Below are positions 59,699 to 64,000 of a DNA stretch of 64,000 nt, piece by piece. A program made the translations under genes and the position numbers. The notes beneath the pieces are model-generated. The model was not told the origin of the DNA, did not search any database, and saw only the letters and a list, made by a program, of their open reading frames with translations. How positions within the stretch are numbered: the stretch's first letter is position 1; every line of letters starts with the position of its first letter. This DNA is from an uncultured bacterium (GTDB lineage Bacteria; UBP15; UBA6099; JAJRTR01): the NCBI GenBank assembly GCA_964595945.1, contig CAZQSL010000004.1:231-64230 (forward strand), given 5' to 3'.

Positions 59699-62600
59699 TT
59701 ACCGGCAGGTCTTGCCCTGCTCGCGGAGCGTCTCCTCAAGCGAGGTGATGCGGCTTGTCGCGGCCGAATACTTCGGATCGTTTACCAGCGTCTGGCGATA
59801 GCTTGCGATTGCGGAGCAATAGTTGTTCATCAGTTCGTAGCACTGGGCTTTGTCATAATGGACTTCCGCCGCAAACTCGCCAGTCGGGGAATTTTTCAGA
59901 ATGTCGTCGTTTGCGTTGATCGCTTCGACGAGACTCGAAGTGGCAAGGTTCATATTCCCCTGCCTGATCGCGTTTTCCGCTTCGATTTTCTTGATTCTCG
60001 CGATCCACACCTGTGGCCTCACTTCGTTGGGGAGATCGAATGAATTGGCCTTTTGGGCAAATGACAGCGCGACTGTATAGTTGCCGTTTTTGCCGTTCGT
60101 CATCGCCTGTTTGTAGTACCAGCTAAACATAACATACTTGTAGCTCACGAGTCCCGAGACAAGCAGCGTGAGCAAAATGCCCGCGATCACGCCAAGCTTT
60201 ATGAATTTCGGCAGCATGTCCTTGAGTTCGACGACAGGTTTGCGGCCGACCTTGACGTCAAACACCGGTTCGGCATAGGGATCGCCCTGCTGCTCATCGA
60301 GATATTCCGTCAAAGCGCTTTCGGTCCCGTCAAATGAAAGTGACGAGAACTGGTCGTCGTCCTGTACCGGCGGCGGTACGTCGTTAAGCGCCGCACTGTA
60401 TTGCGGGTCTTCATGTCCGGCAACTGGAGTGTCCTGTTCGCTCACGTAATTGTCCATTTCTTCCGCCGCGTAACTGTCGGCGGAGTAGTCGGCGGCAGGG
60501 GCAAAGCCTCCTTCCGCGCCATATTGTGTTATCGGTGTATCGCCTGGAGCGCCGGCGGGGCCTTCGTGGACCGCCGCTCCGGCAGCGCTCACCACGACCG
60601 TTGACGGTGTGACCGAGAACGGGCTGACATTCGGATTGGCGGCCGATATCGTGACCGAATCGCCGGAATGTCCAGACGCTGTATATTGTACTACAGCCAT
60701 GCCGTTTTTGTCTGTCGTCACGCTTGCGGTTTCGCTGAGTTGTCCGGCGGCTCCAGTGAATTCGCTGATCATAAATGTCACCGACTCGCCTGCAACGGGA
60801 TTGCCCGCCGCGTCGAGCGCCTTTGCCACGATGCCGATCGTGCCGCCGGGAGTGACGAACGAGTCATCGGCAGTGACGGCTATCGTGTCTACCATCCCGG
60901 GCGCAATAGTCACATTTATTATTTCCTCCACTCCCGCGCATGCCACTCTCAGCATGAGCACGCCGGTTTTTCCGGAGGCTTTCAGCCGCGCGGTCACCTC
61001 TCCCGAAAGATCGGGTTCGGCTTTCCATGTCTTGCCGGCCACCGAGTCGTCAGATTCGAGAAACACGCTGTCCGCGCCCGCGCCGATTTCGTCTTCGATA
61101 GAAAAATCAACAGGCGAATCAGCCGCCGACGGGCGCCCCTGCATGTCGGTCACCCGGACGTGCAGCGGCAGGATTTCGAGAGCGTGACAGGTGCGTTGCG
61201 AGGTATCCATTTCAAGTTTCACCGTTGGGTCGGCAACACCGGCAAACGCAGGGGCATTATCATAATCAGCCGGTGCGGATGTCTGGATGTCGGTGTAATC
61301 CTCGCCATATCCGTCATCTGCGTCAAATCCGGTATCCGATGCCGGTATGTCAGTTCCCATCATGACATGGGATGCAGTTCCATCAGCCGGCGGCGCAGAG
61401 TACGTGTCCGATCCATACGTATCCTGCGTGTCTGCCGCCATCGGTTCTTCTGCGGCAAATCCAAACGCATCGTCGGAATAACTCCCCGCGCCGGCATCCC
61501 ATGCCGAATAATCGGAGACGGGTTCCTGCGGAGTCTCTACCGGAGGCATAGACTCGGTATCCAGATAAAAGCTGTTGTATCCGGCATCCGATTTCGTGTC
61601 GCCCACCGCCGGCAGATCGGGAAATGTTTCCTCTTCGATCTGCTTGTCAGGTGAATAATTGTATATGCCGCCTCGTTTGCCAGGCTCGGCCGCCGGCATG
61701 TCGAACCCGGTTGATTCATCTTCAAAACCGGGATTGACCGGCTGGTCCGTACTGTCGAACGACGATACGCTGTCATAGGACCCATAGGGATTGGAAGTGC
61801 CAGCAATGTCATATTCGTAAGGATCATCGCCCGCGGGAGCCGAAAAATCCTCCAGAGGCGCAGCGGCTGGCATTGCCGGATAAGCGTCTTCCGCCTGCCA
61901 TGAGTCCACTGCCGGAGCGGCTGAGTCCATACCGAATGTATCATCCGCCGGGGCTGCAAAACCGTCCGCCGCGTCATAGGCGGCAGGCGAATCAGACGGT
62001 GTCGCTGCAATGTCATACCCGTAAGGATCACCCGCGGGAGCCGAAAAATCCTCCAGAGGCGCAGCGGCTGGCATTGCCGGGCAAGCGTCTTCCGCCTGCC
62101 ATGAGTCCGCTGCCGGAGCGGCTGAGTCCATACCGAATGTATCATCCGCCGGGGCTGCGAAACCGTCCGCCGCGTCATAGGCGGCGGACGCATCAGACGG
62201 TGCCGCTGCCATGTCATACCCGTAAGGATCATCGCCCGCGGGAGCCGAAAAATCCTCCAGAGGCGCGGCGGCTGGCATTGCCGGGCAAGCGTCTTCCGCC
62301 TGCCATGAGTCCACTGCCGGAGCGGCTGAATCCATAAAATCCGAACCCTGATAGTTCTCGTCATCTTCAAACGCGGCAAAAGCGTCGGCTGACTGCTGCC
62401 CGGACGTGACAGGCGTGAGATCAACCGTCTGGAAATGTTCAGCGGCAACAGTCTGCGGCTCTCCCGCGTCGAGCATAGACTCCATAAAATCAAACATATT
62501 GCCATGATCAGTAGTCACCGGAGCGATCTCGTCATCTGCGTGTCTCACGGCAAACGAATCGTCTTCGGACACCGGCATGGACGCCTCACCGCCGAAATCG

Positions 62601-63982
62601 CCATACAGGTCTTCGAGCGCATCGGCGCCACCCTTGAGCCCCTCGAATTCGCCATGAGCCTCGGCAACACCCGACCCCTTGAGTGTAAAAGATTCGTTAT
62701 AATCATCTTCTATCACAATTGATGGCTGAGGATCACCCGGCACATCGTCGGACTCGAATGCCATCATTTCCTCGATCTGCGAAAAACCGTTCCGGGAAGT
62801 CCCGGCATCTTCCATCAGCGCCGGCTCTTCCACCTGAATGACAGTCGTATCCTCGTCGATATCATCGAAAATCCCCGACAGATCGGCGTTTTCGTCGATC
62901 TCGATGGAGGAAAAATCATCAGTGCCGGAAATGACTTCAACCACGTCCACGACAGGCTCAGTCAACCCGGCGCCCGTCACGACTGCAACTTCCGTGACAG
63001 CATCAGAAGCTGTCTCGATGTCGTCGTCTCCGAAATAAGAGTTGATTTCGGCCGGTGAAACGGTGTTGGACATGGGTGCGAACACATCGGTCATCGGAGA
63101 TGGCGAAACAGCGGCCTGCGTGGCTTCGGCAGTAGTAAAAACCGCGGTATCGATCCCGCCCTCAGGCGAATAATCGGACAGCGGAGCGAGCACGGCTCTC
63201 GAATTGCCGTCCGGCGGAGGCGTCACGGTCACGGTCACGCCTCCGTCTTCGCCAGTCAAGACTGGCGAAGACGGATCGACCGACCAGCCCGCTCCTTCGA
63301 GCAACTGTACTGCCGCCTCGATGCCGTTTATTGGATTATCATATTCATCGAGAAATCTGATCTTCAGAGCAAACGGCTCGCCTGGGGCGACCTCGCCGCC
63401 ACCGGGGATGAAAAGCGTCGATGCCGCACGGCCCGGCACTATGTTGAATTCTTCATACAACACGCAGTCCGACGCCTTGCACGAGATTTCGACCCGGCCT
63501 CGCGCGTTGCCGCGAGTCGGCATCCTGAGCGTCGTTTTCGACAGGCCGTCACCGGTGATACGGACATTGGAATTATCGACAACCTCCCATTCGGACGGCG
63601 TCTGTATCTGCAACGAATAGGATACTTCCTCGCCAACGACCGGATTGCCGAATACATCGAATGCGGTCGCGCTGAATTCATACTCCCTGCCGGCAGTGTA
63701 CTTGTCATTTTTGGTAAGCAGATTGATTGTGGACACTTTGGCAGCAACCGTGTTGTCTTCGATCACCTGAGGCGGAAGGCCCTCGACAGAGACCTCGACG
63801 ATGTTGGCGGCGACCCTGGGCGCACGGACAAAAAATACCGAAAGCTGTCCGTTGGCGTCTGTTTTGAGCTTGAGCTGCACGGGCCCGGAGTCAGCGTCGG
63901 TCTTGTCTTTTTTGACGGCAAGGAACGCGCCTGGGATATCACCCGCGTTGACTATCCTGACCTGCACCATCGTCTCGGACAC
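59699..63982 (-). CDS. Giant (~1427 aa) protein: N-terminal Ig-like (Big/invasin-type) domains, a ~550-aa acidic low-complexity region with three 67-aa tandem repeats, further Ig-like domains, a single TM helix, and a C-terminal TPR-like tail
   Basis: Big-like beta-rich segments (e.g. VTFMISEFTGAAGQLSETASVTTDKNGMAVVQYTASGHSGDSVTISAA). D/E/A/P/Y-rich repeats MDSAAPAVDSWQAEDACPAMPAAAPLEDFSAPAGDDPYGYD x3. TM LGVIAGILLTLLVSGLVSY. Start GTG/ATG within 20 nt of the window edge. Confidence 0.7.
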   Translation of the reverse strand: MSETMVQVRIVNAGDIPGAFLAVKKDKTDADSGPVQLKLKTDANGQLSVFFVRAPRVAANIVEVSVEGLPPQVIEDNTVAAKVSTINLLTKNDKYTAGREYEFSATAFDVFGNPVVGEEVSYSLQIQTPSEWEVVDNSNVRITGDGLSKTTLRMPTRGNARGRVEISCKASDCVLYEEFNIVPGRAASTLFIPGGGEVAPGEPFALKIRFLDEYDNPINGIEAAVQLLEGAGWSVDPSSPVLTGEDGGVTVTVTPPPDGNSRAVLAPLSDYSPEGGIDTAVFTTAEATQAAVSPSPMTDVFAPMSNTVSPAEINSYFGDDDIETASDAVTEVAVVTGAGLTEPVVDVVEVISGTDDFSSIEIDENADLSGIFDDIDEDTTVIQVEEPALMEDAGTSRNGFSQIEEMMAFESDDVPGDPQPSIVIEDDYNESFTLKGSGVAEAHGEFEGLKGGADALEDLYGDFGGEASMPVSEDDSFAVRHADDEIAPVTTDHGNMFDFMESMLDAGEPQTVAAEHFQTVDLTPVTSGQQSADAFAAFEDDENYQGSDFMDSAAPAVDSWQAEDACPAMPAAAPLEDFSAPAGDDPYGYDMAAAPSDASAAYDAADGFAAPADDTFGMDSAAPAADSWQAEDACPAMPAAAPLEDFSAPAGDPYGYDIAATPSDSPAAYDAADGFAAPADDTFGMDSAAPAVDSWQAEDAYPAMPAAAPLEDFSAPAGDDPYEYDIAGTSNPYGSYDSVSSFDSTDQPVNPGFEDESTGFDMPAAEPGKRGGIYNYSPDKQIEEETFPDLPAVGDTKSDAGYNSFYLDTESMPPVETPQEPVSDYSAWDAGAGSYSDDAFGFAAEEPMAADTQDTYGSDTYSAPPADGTASHVMMGTDIPASDTGFDADDGYGEDYTDIQTSAPADYDNAPAFAGVADPTVKLEMDTSQRTCHALEILPLHVRVTDMQGRPSAADSPVDFSIEDEIGAGADSVFLESDDSVAGKTWKAEPDLSGEVTARLKASGKTGVLMLRVACAGVEEIINVTIAPGMVDTIAVTADDSFVTPGGTIGIVAKALDAAGNPVAGESVTFMISEFTGAAGQLSETASVTTDKNGMAVVQYTASGHSGDSVTISAANPNVSPFSVTPSTVVVSAAGAAVHEGPAGAPGDTPITQYGAEGGFAPAADYSADSYAAEEMDNYVSEQDTPVAGHEDPQYSAALNDVPPPVQDDDQFSSLSFDGTESALTEYLDEQQGDPYAEPVFDVKVGRKPVVELKDMLPKFIKLGVIAGILLTLLVSGLVSYKYVMFSWYYKQAMTNGKNGNYTVALSFAQKANSFDLPNEVRPQVWIARIKKIEAENAIRQGNMNLATSSLVEAINANDDILKNSPTGEFAAEVHYDKAQCYELMNNYCSAIASYRQTLVNDPKYSAATSRITSLEETLREQGKTCR
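61790..62337. repeat. Coding tandem repeat, ~201-204-nt unit, ~2.7 copies, >90% identity
   Basis: Unit beginnings gtaaggatca at 61817, 62021 and 62222. Lies inside the giant gene; + strand shadow ORFs show a repeated RLPPAMSPLPERLSPYRMYHPPGL translation. Confidence 0.8.
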
Positions 63983-64000
63983 CGGTACGTTACGCTCTCC

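Noticed and set aside
61873-62337. + strand ORFs with repeated proline-rich translation (RLPPAMSPLPERLSPYRMYHPPGL)
   Set aside because: Shadow ORFs produced by the tandem repeat on the antisense strand of the giant gene. The - strand frame is continuous for 1427 codons.
61790-62337. Possible CRISPR array suggested by regularly spaced repeats
   Set aside because: The repeat unit is ~201 nt with no unique spacers. It is entirely in-frame coding sequence and no cas genes are present.

Overview
High-GC (~58-60%) bacterial chromosomal window, densely coding, probably from a motile spirochete-like or related lineage. Flagellar genes run in the Borrelia/Treponema-type order flgB-flgC-fliE-fliF-fliG-fliH-fliI-fliJ. 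Left third (+ strand): a tightly coupled five-gene cluster (secreted FGE/SUMF1-domain protein, A24 prepilin-peptidase-like membrane protein, radical SAM enzyme, NodU/CmcH-type carbamoyltransferase, GT1/4 glycosyltransferase), then dnaE and an orphan SBP_bac_3-PAS histidine kinase. Middle: housekeeping and accessory genes (nikR, htpX, SAM methyltransferase, GH2 glycosidase, prmA, GNAT, murB, a MoaD-like GG protein, amidohydrolase, FAD oxidoreductase, PhnD-like binding protein, and a second M48 peptidase fused to tandem zinc ribbons). Right half (all - strand, ~30 kb): flagellar hook/rod/basal-body/export genes including a 977-aa FlgE; an AmiC-type amidase; ssrA (tmRNA, tag ANNELALAA) and smpB; a chemotaxis operon (REC-GAF-GGDEF, cheY, cheR, cheA-REC hybrid, cheW, MCP, cheB); a small zinc-ribbon protein; and a ~1427-aa Ig-like/acidic-repeat/TM/TPR giant protein containing a ~201-nt coding tandem repeat. 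No CRISPR array, rRNA or obvious mobile element. Candidates for undescribed biology: the FGE/A24-peptidase/radical-SAM/carbamoyltransferase/GT operon, the zinc-ribbon-M48 protease, the giant acidic-repeat membrane protein, an orphan MoaD-like protein, a long structured leader upstream of flgE, a perfect 34-nt palindrome, and a dispersed 24-nt intergenic motif. All calls come from reading the sequence and ORF translations; no database searches were run.
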